A program made the translations under genes and the position numbers. A DNA stretch of 64,000 nucleotides from Rhodosorus marinus CCMP1338. Its lineage: Eukaryota; Plantae; Rhodophyta. The notes below the pieces were generated by a model, which was given only the letters and a program-made list of their open reading frames with translations, was not told the origin of the DNA and did no database searches. How positions within the stretch are numbered: the stretch's first letter is position 1; each line of letters opens with the position of its first letter. Positions 47,607-60,043 of this stretch are shown here, piece by piece. The DNA lies in assembly GCA_029953675.1 (NCBI GenBank), contig JAMWBK010000006.1:1674001-1738000 (forward strand), written 5' to 3'.

Positions 47607-48851
47607 TCATTGAGTCTTGTCTTCGCTTTTGGATGCAATTCCCCGCAAGACCTTTTCAGAGAAAAAGCCATAGTTGGTCATGAACAGACCATCGATGGCT
47701 CTCCTCATTAGAATAGGAAGCGAGGAATAGAACTGCGCTGCTGCTTCCATCTGGTAAGGAAATCCAATTGTTGTTCGTCCTCGTTCAACTTCTGCAACAA
47801 TGTACCTGCAGGAATGGAAAAGATTAATGCCCATTAAACTGATCGGTGTAGATTAGAAACCACCTTAGAGAGCTGATGAGTTGTTCGTACTTGGCCGCGG
47901 TGGCAGAGTCCCAGACCGGAACTATACTCGGCAGCGTGCTGCTGAAGCTATCTACCATCGGAGTTTCCACGAAACCGGGAGTAACCACGTGAGATTGCAC
48001 TCCCCACCTTCGGAGATGCTCCACAAGACCTTCCATCATTTTGAGCTGTGCGGCCTTCGTAGCCTAAGAAAATCGGATAGATGTTTGGCAATGAGACTAT
48101 GAAGCGGTTGCAGTTCCACGTGATTGCAGCCAAGCTGTGGAAGGAGTCGATGCTGATCTGAAAACTTATACCGCGTAGATGGGCGCAACGCCGGAGGAAA
48201 TATACCCGAAAGTACTGGCTACGATGACCACGTTTCCAGATCCTCGCTTAACCATCAATCGAGCAGATGGAAAAATGGTGTTGATGGAACCGATAACGTT
48301 CGTTTCAATAACCTCTCTTGCCGCGTCCAATCCATCCTTCTCCGAGGATGCTTGCGTCTGAACAAGACGAAAAGGAGCTTCTGAGCTGAGCAGTCGAAAT
48401 CAAACAAACACAACTGAAAATTCTGGCGTACGATCCCGATCCCAGCGTTTGCTATGACGATATCGACAGGATGCTTCGTCCAGATTCCTTCGATGCAACT
48501 TTTCATCCGTTTCTCGTCCGCAACATCAACGATCTCGGCGATCACGTCACTTGCGCCGAGAGTCAGGCACTTGGCCTTCACTTTATTAAGCCTGGTAGTG
48601 TTTCTTCCAGTTATTATTATTCGATCTCCGCGGCTGGAGTATTCCTCTGCCAATGCTTCACCAATCCCTGACGATCCGCCGGTGATGAGAACCGTGCGCG
48701 GACCCGCAGATCTTGCTCGAGAAGGCCTTCTAAAGTACTCGTACGCCACGAAGAGAATCGAGATCGGAGCTATAGCCACAAACACAATTCCAAACACCAG
48801 CAGCTGCAGGTAGGTCCCGAGCGCATCGATTAGGAAGCTCTTTGTTTCCAT
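47607..48851 (-). CDS. Short-chain dehydrogenase/reductase with N-terminal membrane anchor
   Basis: TVLITGGSSGIG (TGxxxGxG), DIVIANAGI, ETNVIG and VVTPGFVETPM; hydrophobic N-terminus. Confidence 0.9.
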
Positions 48852-49096
48852 CTGAAAGGCGCCTCCCCAACTTCAATAGCACGCCGTACCTCAAGGAACT
48901 GTAAACACTAACGGTTTGGTTGTTCTATCGCTCCTTAGCAATCAGCTCGGGCAGAACTGACAATCCCGTTGACTTGCCTCAAGACCATTAGCATCCGCCT
49001 TTTCGTCAACACCCTTTCGGCTCAGTGATGAAGACCCGCTGTAGAGCCATTCAGGCCGTCGTCTGGAAAGCTTGTTGCTGGGTTCGTGAACGACTT

Positions 49097-49273
49097 AGCT
49101 CGACCAGAAGGTTCACGACACTTTGCTATGCCGCTGGGACCACGCATGTCATGAGAAAAACGGCCAGCAGTTGAGCTACTTCTTAGTCGGGAGGCTTCTT
49201 GTCGGGTGCTCTGGGGGGTGTGCGACTCAGCTCGACCAGAAGGTTCACGACACTTTGCTATGCCGCTGGGACC
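49097..49273 (+). repeat. Perfect 45-bp direct repeat pair, 132 bp apart
   Basis: AGCTCGACCAGAAGGTTCACGACACTTTGCTATGCCGCTGGGACC at 49097-49141 and 49229-49273. Confidence 0.95.
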
Positions 49274-49529
49274 GTGCAGTCTATGGAAAAACTTGAGGCT
49301 TGCGCCGTTATGGGTTTAGAACAGCTTGTCGTTCGAGGAGAATTCCGATGTGCAGCGTTTCTCGGCAGTGTCGGACTGATCACCGAGATCTTCCAAGCGA
49401 GAGGAGCTTCCACGGCACGGACTAAAATTTCGGTTTTCTGCCTACCAATCAGCTGTAACTTTCGCGTCTCGAGTCAATGACAAGCTATTCTTTACATCCC
49501 ATTACATACAAATAAAATTTCCCATAAAA

Positions 49530-50696
49530 CTATGCTATTTCAGCTGTTTTACCATTAGAGTATGTTCCGGCCGTGACATACTTCTCAACCACTTCGGAGG
49601 TAGTCCCGGATACCTGGTAATTGAAAGCCACATTCAGCACGTTGCGGGGGGCTCCTTCAACGAGCGATTCCTCGAATCCAACTCTTACCTCTCAAAGCCA
49701 CAGCATCGGTAAAGCCATACAGCAGGTTTGTTCTCCCACTCGACGTGAAGATACACCTCACTTACACCTAGTGTCTTCGCTACGTCCAAAACTTTGTTCA
49801 AAATGGTTCTGGCTATTCCTCTTCTCCTCATATCTATTCTCACCGCCATACTAGAGACGTAAATCTTCTTGTCCTCCTGCTTGTCCTCTGGATTTCATGA
49901 AAGACAAACAGTTAGCACGCAGATCCGTGAAAGAAGCCAGACTGAACTTCTCGTACCTTGCGGGAAAAACAGGAAGGACTGGCGTCGGGAAAATTCGTTA
50001 ATAGTTGCGTCACAGGTTCCAACAATTTCCTGGGACTCCGGATCTACTGCAACAAGGCAGTAAGCATTTGGGTTTCTCCATCTTCCCAAAACCACGTCTC
50101 TTATCTAGAACAGTAAAAAAGCATGGTTTTTTAAGAAACTCATTTATTGAGAGTGTTGCTGTCGACACATCTCACGTACCTCGCGCTTCCTTTGAAAATA
50201 CAAATACCTATCGTCCGCTAAATACGAATAAAAAGAGTTACATCTTACTTCGGTTACTACATCAAGCTCATCGACTCTAGCCGAGCGGATAACGTATTTC
50301 GTCCTGAGGCAACAAGGTCAAAGTTGAGTCGAAGAATCGCGGTTTGACAATCAGCTCTCGGAGCGTGCTCACCCTGGCTTGCTAAGCTTTTGTAAGTCCG
50401 AGACTTGAGTACCGCTCGCGAATAATTCTCCCGATACATCGACGGGTCTCTCCTCGAGCGCGGATGCATACACCTGGCACCTCTAATCACAGTCAACAAA
50501 AGCCATTACCAAACTCAGCAAACAAACCCAAGCCATCCATAACAAAAAAAACAGAAGAAGCGCCTCTCGGTCTCGGCACAACAAGCCATACCTTACGCGC
50601 AGAAACCCTATTCCCCTCGTTGACCCTCAGGCATTTGCAAGACCCCGTCCAACGAGTCGGAGACACCAACCCATTACTCACAAAGCCCACATTCAT
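49530..50696 (-). CDS. Plastid-targeted GNAT acetyltransferase
   Basis: Transit-peptide-like MNVGFVSNGLVSPTRW...; YVIRSARVDELD, CLVAVDPESQEIVGTC, motif A YVSSMAVRIDMRRRGIARTIL, and LHVEWENKPAVWLYRCCGF. Confidence 0.85.
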
Positions 50697-52608
50697 AACA
50701 CTCCACCGTCCAAATCCAACCCCCTCACCAAAACCAGCGCTCACCAAACCACTGTCTTTCAAACCAACACTCTCCCTCTCCTTCCAACCCGACCACAAAC
50801 CCTCAATTCAAATTTGTCGATCACCCTCCCCCGCTCCTCCCCCCAACCCCAACTCCGTCCCCTCCCCCTCCCCCCACCCCCCACCTCTTCCCCGCCCCCT
50901 CCCTCAACGACTCAAATCTAACTCCCAATCCACTCCTCAAACCTCCCTTCCCGACATTCAAATTCTCCTCCTCAGCCCTCTCACTCTTTCACCATCCTTT
51001 ACGAAAAGCCCCTCAGACCTAAAAATCCGCTGACCTCCCACACAGATTGTCAAGCAATCTGGAAAACGTTTCTTTTCATCCCTTTTTTCCCCCCTCCCGT
51101 CCGAAAAGTCTTTTATAAACAAAAAGAGCTGATGCTATGAATTACGTCTCTTCCTCTCCCTCCCCCTCTCCCCCCCTTGGGACTTGCTAATATGAAAATG
51201 GACAAAATAAAACCCATCCTAACGGCATCAAAATTGTTGATTTCTTCGGCTCGAGGAGATGCGAAAAGAAAACCCGCCTACCCTCTTCGCTGTTGATTTA
51301 ATCGACTTGGCTTCAATCTAAACATCTTCGAGTTTTGAAATATTTTGATTAAGATTCTACGCAACGGCATTTGATTGGGATTTGCATGCCATGAATGAGA
51401 ACATAATTTGAAGTTAATGCATTTTTTCTTTCATTTTAGGCCAAAAGTTGTGATAGGGGTAAACCGTTAAAATTTGGCGCGTTTGATTTATTTTTTTATA
51501 GGCGATTTTTGAAATTGATTTTAGTATTAAAATTATGTAGGGGTTGCGCGTTTGCCCAATAGAATGTGGTGCTGAGATCCGAGGAAGACAAATTTTTCCA
51601 GGCACGCCTTTTTATTTGCCGAGTTCTGCATTTCTGATAAACCAATAGTAGAGCCCGGCGGAATCTAAAGAATCCAATCGTTGAGCGAATGGTAATCTGT
51701 GCTGTGTTTTTATTGGATAGAAGGTGATATTTGATCATATCTGAGACATCATCTGATGGAACTAAAAAAAGTCGATGGTGCAAGGCCTTCTAGCCACCTC
51801 AAAAAAAAAACCCTTCCCTTTCAATATTATGGAATTCAAAGTACGGTTCGGTCCAATTGGTTTGAGGCGCTTTCCTTTCTTCTTCAGATAAATAAAAGCC
51901 AACGAAATCCCGCCAACGAATTTTGCATGTGTTTTTCCGTGCGTTCGGGTTGTTCCGCAAAGGCCGTAAAAAGTAGCTGATATTGCAATTTTAACATGAT
52001 TTTCAGTCATTTAGTGGCGTGGAAAGCTGTATGGAGGGAGGAGGGGGGATATACATTCCGTCAGGAAAGAAATAAAATACCTCAATCAGCAGCATAGTGA
52101 TTTAATTTACAACGGGATTGAGGTCGTGTTTCGGTCGCGCCCAATTTTTTTTGGGCCGCTTGAAGTAAGCTCACACGCATCCAAGCAAGCTCAGCTCGGT
52201 TTTCGGCGACTCCAGATTGTATGGGATTAAAACCATGTATGTAGCAATTTATCGGTATAGATAGTTAGAATATTGAAATAAATTTGTCGCTTGGCTCTGT
52301 ATAATAAAAATTACAGTATGAGTTTTAGCTTTGTGCAGAGGTACACACAATTCGGGACAGACTTTTTGTACGAGGAACGGTGGTGTTTCCTTTTTGCACG
52401 TTACCCCTCTTATCCAGTCGACATAGTTTCTAGGCTAGACCTTTTTTTTTTTTAAGGACAAGTTTTGCCCGCAAGTCTAGCTACAGCAAAAGGGGGGGTA
52501 GGAATAGCTGATAATCACCTTCTGCTTCCAGACCATCGAGAGCGGTAGGGAACAAATTACTATTTCTTGAATTTTATCCAATAGCCCAATCAGATTAGTA
52601 ATCGCCCC

Positions 52609-52652
52609 GGCGATATTTGGCGGGCGATATTCTGGCGGGTAATATTCTGGCG
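52609..52652 (+). repeat. 14-15-bp tandem repeat x3 (GGCGATATTCTGGCG-like)
   Basis: ggcgatatttggcg ggcgatattctggcg ggtaatattctggcg. Confidence 0.7.
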
Positions 52653-53931
52653 TGCAATGTACTAGTGCGGAGCCTCGCCGACTGTTAACACAATAAAAGT
52701 AATCTAAAACGTTCATAGGTAATTACGAAGGAAATATACCTCACTGAATATATGGTTCACGTACCTAAAAAACGATGATAGATCGTATAAAACGGTCTTC
52801 TTTGCGAATGCCGCCGTTCTTTCCCGGGATTCAGGTTTCGGGGAGGTAACCACCGTGGACCGGAAGGGTAGTGCATTCCGTGTGGAACGCGGGCCAAAGT
52901 CATGTTTGGGCTGGATTCTTGGTCCCGAAGAACATGCGGTGTCCACAGTCGTGAAGTTGCTGGCATCTAATGCTGAGTTAGCACTAACGGTCTTGAGAAG
53001 GATGAGGGCCGTGGATTCTTAGAGTATCTATGAGCTTTCTATAAATGCAAGATTTCTCTGGCAGCCGCATCCCACCAGGCTCCGCATTTCATGATGCGAA
53101 ATATTGGCGACTTGTTGCGGGTGCACTACCATCAACCTAGACTACGCTCTGGATTGATCTATCTATTTTGAGACGCCTGTTTGAGTTCTGAGCTATACAG
53201 GCATGATCTTTTTTTTCCGGTGCATGGTTGGCTTGGAATGGATTCAATCGAACATCTCCCCGAACGAGTCCTGAGTTTGAATGCCTTTACAACGACTGGA
53301 TTGATGTATTAGTCTTCGAAACGAAATAGGCTTGAAATAGACGCTGTTAGGGGGACCGCTTTTTCGCTGGAGGAAGTTGGCGAAGACTACCTCCGCTTTT
53401 CACAGGTTTCATTCATGGAGTGGATGAAAACTAAAACCCTGAGTGTGCGAGTTGTTTAAGCAAGGAAGGCTGAACATATTGAACTTCACGGATTCCGTAA
53501 GAGCTCTCTTTTAACCTCGGACATAACGATTGCGCCGAGCTTCTACGGATAGAATCCCCGCCCCGCAGCATGATCTTTGCTCGACTGGAGTCGACTCTCC
53601 CTTTCCGCCCTGCCAAAAATGAGATAATCTACCGAATGTGGATTGCGGTACTCAAGCGACGACAAATCCGGATTCCACTGAAACCAAAAGATTCCGCACT
53701 TCTCTACTACCCCACTACTGCGTACCGTCCGTTTCACCGAGTCTAAAGATGGTTCAGGCCTCTTCCCCCGTTGCCCGAATATCCTGTCCAACGTGAAAGT
53801 CATATTGGAGATGTCTTCACGAGACTCAAACTTTCTCGCGCAGAGCGTGAGAGGTGGATGTATAGGGTTGGTTATCAGATGTCTTGTCTTATAAGCATGT
53901 GACAGGGCCGATAACGTGTGCTGCAAACAAA

Positions 53932-56580
53932 ATGCCTAAGAAGGGGAACGTGCAGGACTTCAAGAAGAAGAAGAAGAAAGTGGGCAAGCGGAAAGCGGAC
54001 GAATTGGGTACATCTACAAAGGTACGATTGGGTGATGAATTTTTTTATTCTGGATTTGCGGTTACGAGAAGGAGACGCTAAGATTTGCATATTGATCTTC
54101 AACCGTGTGAGTCGAGCAGACCAAGTCCAGGAAGATTTTCGTCCCCGCGCAGATAAGAGATGCCTCATCGGAGGAGCTGTTGAACCCGAACCTTGTCAGC
54201 GGAGGAAGACGACTAGCTTTGAACGACATCTTGTCTCGGTGTGGGCACCCTGCGGGTAAAATGCGGTCCGATGCATTGTCATCGCTGGTGCTGCTGGAAA
54301 GGCAAGAATTTAGGAACGCAAGTCTGAGCAGGAGCATGTGGATTGGGCGTGCAGTTGAAAAATGTATTACCATGCTTGAAGATAGTGGTAGGCTCGTCCG
54401 GGCACCTGAACTCCTTCAGTGGCCTTTATTAACACGCAGCTCTCCACCTGAATGTGAATAGAGTTTGCTGTCAGGAAAAACGTCAGAAAGTTTCTGACAA
54501 ACGGCTTAGAACTGCTTGGGCCGTACCGCGAGATTTTGGCTGTGAGACTTGCAGCTGCCGCATGCTCCATTGATGTACAAGTACGGGTTGATGCTGTACG
54601 TACGATCGAGCCTCTTTCCGGACTACTAATGAATACAATCATGTCAGCGGAGCGGATTGCGTCAGCGCTGAAGGACGTTTTGGGCAGATCGCAAGATTTC
54701 TCTCCGGACAAACGGCGAGCAATTGCTATCTCCATCGGATCGGTAATACGCAGTACAATGGAGCAAGACCAGAAAGATTGTGCTAGTGTTAAAAAAATGC
54801 CGAAGTTTTATGGCGCTGCTGAGGGTAATATGTACCATTGCTTGAGAAGCCTCAGCAAGAAAGACCTAAAGGGAGACGTTTTCTCACACTAGCCGTCAGC
54901 GCTGACTCAATTCATTTGTAGTTACTCGTGGTGCTGCACCCGGAGGCCGAAGCTGGGAAGTGGAGACTGTCGTTGTTGACCTCGCGCTTGTCGCGATCAG
55001 TACGTTTACTTCCTGGACTCAAGAAGTCGGTGCCGCGGAAGATATTGTCGCAAGAAAGGAGCTAGCCGAAAAGGCTATCATCTTCGTTGAAGCCTTGGTG
55101 CTGATATCGAAGATTGAAACGGATCGCAGGGACGGTATGAATGTGCAGCAGTGAGAGAGCGCTTACAAGAGCCGAGAGTTCGATCATTGATCCTTATTTT
55201 CTCGCTTCAGAGGTGAACGCAGCGTTCGAGAAAGAGTTCGAAAATCTGTATGTATACCTCTCCAAGTCCAGAGCTTCTGTAGTGCAAGAAGTAGCGATTT
55301 CGGTCCAGCGCTTCGAGGACACGCTCGTTGAGCTGTTTAGTTCGGTTGGGACGGAACTAGAATCGACGCGAGACTGTCTTGCCGAGTGGATACGAAGCGG
55401 TGGAGGTGAGAAATTCGATTGTGATGATTCATCGGTACAAATTGTATTCTAAAAGCTTCTCGCTGAAACATCCCGGTAGGATTGAGTGTGGTTCCACTTT
55501 CCCTGGCCTGTCAGATGGTTGGAAAGTTCCTTTCTGATGAAGAGAAAGTTAACCACTGGGAGATGTGGCTTGAGCGATGGAAAAAATCGTCCCACCATGA
55601 TAAAGTACGACCAGAGTGCTTGGATTATTTTGAAGAATCGTTTCGAGCGATACACGATAGATGCGATTCTTCAAACAAATTGAGCTTAGAGGAGAGGTGA
55701 CGTCCTTTTTGATTGCATTGGATGAGCTTGCCGACAGCATCTCACTGGTTTGTGTTCTCAATGGTAGGTCACGGGAGGCTTCGTTGTACAAGTCATTCGC
55801 CGGAGCTTTACCACGTCTGCTCTGGGAGCTAGTGAAGAGCCAGGCTGCAAATGCCGATATTGAACTCGCGGCGGGAAAACTCTGGGCTGTTGCTCTCTAT
55901 AATCGAGAAAATCCAGTCGGGGAGTCAGCGTTGGCGTCTGGCATCCTACGATTGATAGCAGGGAAAAAGGGGTAGGAGTATCCTGTCAATGCTTTGACAT
56001 CTGTTGGCCTCAGCTCGCTAACTGGCTCTTCATCACGCCAGGGGACTGACAGTACCCGGTCCAATAAGTTATATGCCAGATGCTGCTCGTTCCAACGTCC
56101 TGGGTTGTGTATGTTTCATCAATTGTTTCTACGAAAGCGCTGACCGCGGAGATAAGCGTGAGATGAAAGACCCATTCCTAGTTCAGCTACTTGACGCCTT
56201 TCGTTGCTGCTTCGCCAGCGAGGAATCTCTAAGGAAAGGGTTAACAACGGACTTGGTGCATCTGATGACTTGCATTCCGTTGAGTGTATCATTCCTTCCA
56301 AATTTCCTCCGCACGTATTTGACGGCAATTGAAAGATGCATTGTTTGGTCACGGGAAGATGCCGGTGAGTTTGCCCGGAACATGTCTCAAGGTGACAAGC
56401 CCGAATAGTTTGAAGAGAGTCTCAACGCTGTGCCTTGCAGGTAAGTATGCAGCTCTCACCGCTGCTGCTCTGAAGGGATTCGATGCGTCTGGAACGAGTA
56501 TCTCGCAAGTGCTCAGGAATGCAAAGAATTCGATCGGGGAGGACAATCGGTTTCGAGCCGCTATTGATCTTGTTTTGTGA
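53932..56580 (+). CDS. IPI1: Pre-rRNA processing protein Ipi1/TEX10-like
   Basis: N-terminal DFKKKKKKVGKRK and RRLALNDILSRCGHPAGKMRSDALSSL match the Ipi1/TEX10 N-terminus; ARM-like exons follow. 3' end approximate. Confidence 0.75.
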
Positions 56581-56791
56581 AAGCATTTCGGTGAGATGAG
56601 GAGGAGATCGTCCACAGGATCGACGTAGTAAGCGGTCTTACGTTGGAGAACGCGCGGATATCCGCCGCTGGTTCGAAAATTGTTTATTTTTATTTATTCA
56701 GCTCGGGACTGCCCGAATTGGTTTCTAGGTATGGGTGACTTGGTCAAGTTCTAATAAATAAGTAGATGCGTGGATGAGGAGTCGTCAAGTA

Positions 56792-58727
56792 TTACTCAAG
56801 CCACTTGAGAGTACCGGCCATCAATATTCTAGAAGGTAGCTCTCCGGGTGCCGGCGCCAACAGAGTGAGCCGCTTAGCTTGCATGTCAACCTACGTCGTG
56901 GGATATCAAAGCAAAGGAGAAGATGAGAAAGCGGCTACAAGATCTCTGGCGCTCGCCATTTCTGTTTCTTTTACCTTCGCCACGTGAACATATCCAGCAA
57001 CTGGGGCATCGCTGACTTCAGATTCTTCCTTCGCCTGCGACACGGCTAGGATCGAGTGTATTAGATCGTTTTGAATGGCAATGGGAGCGATTCTGTTCGG
57101 GTCCAGGGTTGGTTCAGCTCCAATGGGTAAAGCAGAAGCTGGAATTGCAGCTCCTCCCCCAACTTTGTACAGTGAGACCGAGGAGAAATCAAGAACTGTC
57201 TTGAACGGGTTCAGCGTTGAGTTCAAGCCGTAGAAGTACTGTTTGAACCGATCCTTATTGGTCGACGCTTTATCGTGTCGGACAACTCCCCCTGAACGCG
57301 GCAGATCCACGACCTGTTCACAAAACCCATGGAGTAGGCGTTTAGAGCCTGTCCTTTGTCATTTGTTTTTCCATCAGACTCGCAGGACGCACCTCAATGT
57401 TCCCCTTGCCCTCGACGGCCTGCTTAACATCCGCAAACATGCGCTCTGCGCCAATTACCAAAACTACGTCTGCTCGCATGCTTTCGATTAGTGAGCCGAT
57501 AAAGTCACGGGAGCACGACTCGATCCATCCACCGACAGAAGCAATGTAACCGCACCCATTCATGTCCGGGTGTGCAAGCTTCTCCGCCACCTGAGCAAGA
57601 CAATCCACGCAGCATGATGAGCAGATGTTCCGCTTACAGGCAGTCGATTGACGTTAAGCCAAGCGGGATCATCCCAAGAAACGCTTACCACAGATCCCAG
57701 GCTCGCCAGCAAACGCTCCAGCTCTGCTCGATTCTCGTTTGGGTCGAGGTATCCGTAGAAGAAGGAGAGTGACGCATCTAATAGTGGTCCTTCCTCGATA
57801 TCAACCTTGGAAACCGTTGAGGCTGAGATTGAACCAGGAACGCTGATCTGCGCGGTAATAAAATCGGCGAACGAGCATGAGCGATGGCTAGAGAAAGTGG
57901 GGGATTTTTTTGAACGTAATAATCCAGAGGAATGTGTTAATACACCTTCCTTCCCCCCCCCCCAAGAAACGTGTTCAGAAATAGTTGATCTTCAGATCCG
58001 TCTTACCGCGTTTCTGGTAATGTCAAGATCCACGAAAAGTGACTTGCCGCATGCCTTCACCGAGTAGTTTAGCAAGAGGCTGGCTAGTGTTGATTTACCG
58101 CTTTCAGGGGGTCCCATGATGATGACTCTTGGTCCCAGTCTAGCGGGGTCGGCCTTTTCGGATTCAAGTCCGCCATTGGCTATCGTCGCTTGATCTGTTT
58201 TATTTGCGATTTTAGAATCCGATGTGGACTGGGTTGTTTGAACTGAGGGCTCCTGTTCGTTCGCTACCGATTTGCCGTCTCGTGAAATTGATTCTCCTTC
58301 CAGTCTAGATTTCTCAATCAACGCCTCGGCCTGTTTTCTCCGACTGTGAATGACGCCAAACGTATTGGCGTAGACGGGCATCGGAGTCTCGGATGCGGTG
58401 TATGCAAAGTCAGTGGGACCGCTCACCGACAGCTCACATCCGTGCCAAGTGAAGACGGGGAGCTTGCGGTTTGAAATACTATAAGCCTGAGACACAGGCG
58501 ATGAAAGAAGCAACATGTTTTAGTGCCTGGATGCGCTCCACACGTGATCGGTCTTATGATCAATTCACCTTATTCTGCGCCATCTCCACACCGAGAATTT
58601 CTGCCTCCCCAGAAAGCAGCGTCACCGTTACTGCATGGCCTTGAGTAGCCTCAATCCTCAACTCGGATTCCTTCGAGAGCTGAAATTTTGCCACAGAAGG
58701 GCGACTCTCATCCCTCACCGCGCTCAT
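56792..58727 (-). CDS. CLP1: Polynucleotide 5'-OH kinase / cleavage factor Clp1
   Basis: LSKESELRIE, LLSGEAEILGVEM, VFTWHGCEL, ETPMPVYAN, P-loop IMGPPESGKSTL, LPRSGGVV, QYFYG, SILAVS and C-terminal TLLAPAPGELPSRIL..LKWLE*. Confidence 0.95.
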
Positions 58728-59324
58728 CACTATAAAAGCACCCTCAGCACCTCCGCAAAACCCCCTACTAATCGTCAAGCTAACCCCTCAAAAGCAGCCA
58801 GAACCAACCAGGTAGATAAAAAAACAGAAAACGACCGCTCGGCGATCAAAAACCCGTCCAACCCTCAACGCTTGAGCTATGAGCCCACCCAAACATAGCA
58901 GAATCCATTCATATGATTCCAAACCCAAGTCAAAGCCAGCCCCAAAAACTAGTTCTTCGATCGCGAACTCCCGCACCAGGCTTCCGTGTCAGAACGACGG
59001 AAGAAGAACGGAAGCTAAAGAACAACCGCGAGAGCAACAAGAAAACGGAAAGCTAGGCGTATCGAAGATCAGTTTCACTCAACACTGCCGCTTGGATCTC
59101 CGGAGACGAATGAAAAAAAAAATCCTTCCCGCTCGAACGAAACCCCGAACCCGGACAAAACCTCGATCGCAGGCCACGTGCAAGCTTAAGAAGAAAGCCC
59201 AGATGCCAAACGACCACTACTAAGCAGTATTTTTATTGTACAGCAGTTGCGCTCAACCCTCTCCGCTTTGATCTTTCAAGACGAAGACAACTCCCTCAAA
59301 CCCCTCGACCTCCCGCGCCGAAAA

Positions 59325-59680
59325 TTCCAGAAGAAGAAACCGACGCGTAAACGATAAAGAAACACGGCCGAAGTAAACTATTAGTCGTCTTTAAAGCTCG
59401 ATCGCCCGCGGCGAAACCCCCAACCCCGACCCCCCCCCCAGAGAAGAAAGACAGGTGCTAAACGACAAACAGAGCTGGCCAAAGTAAACTCCTGTCGTAT
59501 TGAACCTCGATCGCCGACGGCCGACGGCGAAACCCGAGAACAAGAAACCGATGCTAAACGATAAAGACACCCGCCAAAAGTGAGCTCTAGTTTTATTGAA
59601 AAGTAGGTTCGAGATGACAAACTCCACTCCGACCCCAGCGATCTTCAATCGACTCACCAACTCTTCCCTTCGATCGCCGC
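59325..59680 (+). repeat. Degenerate ~100-110-bp tandem repeat (about 3 units)
   Basis: TAAACGA(T/C)AAA at 59348, 59459 and 59555, followed in the first two units by AAGTAAACT...TCGATCGCC...GGCGAAACCC. Confidence 0.8.
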
Positions 59681-60043
59681 CTTCAGGATCCACTTGTTAA
59701 AGTTTACCAGCGCTGCCAAAGAGCACCAACAGTTGTAAGTGCTTTTGCGGTGAATGACATTATACAACGAAATCGTCTTGCGGATCGAAGTTGGAGCAGG
59801 CACTGTTTGGTGACGTAGACCTACTAGTAGAACCAACCAATGTAGCCGTTGAGCTTTTAAACTGAAGGCTTTCCTCCCACCGAGCGGGAGGTGCAGGCGC
59901 TTTGGAGTTGGGAGCGTTGAGCGTACGGATCTTGAGGTGGAATAGTCCCGAGGATCGAGCTCTGGGTCAGAAGATTATGGAGACTGAGTGTCCTTGCTCT
60001 TAACCTCCGCTTTGAACGCAGCTGGTAGTAAATCCTGGCATAC

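Noticed and set aside
50464-51033. 189-aa Pro-rich ORF (extensin-like)
   Set aside because: Antisense read-through of the C-rich GNAT leader; composition artefact.
51340-53400. Organellar or viral insertion in the AT-rich block
   Set aside because: No recognisable gene, tRNA or rRNA fragments; homopolymer-rich like the other intergenic regions.
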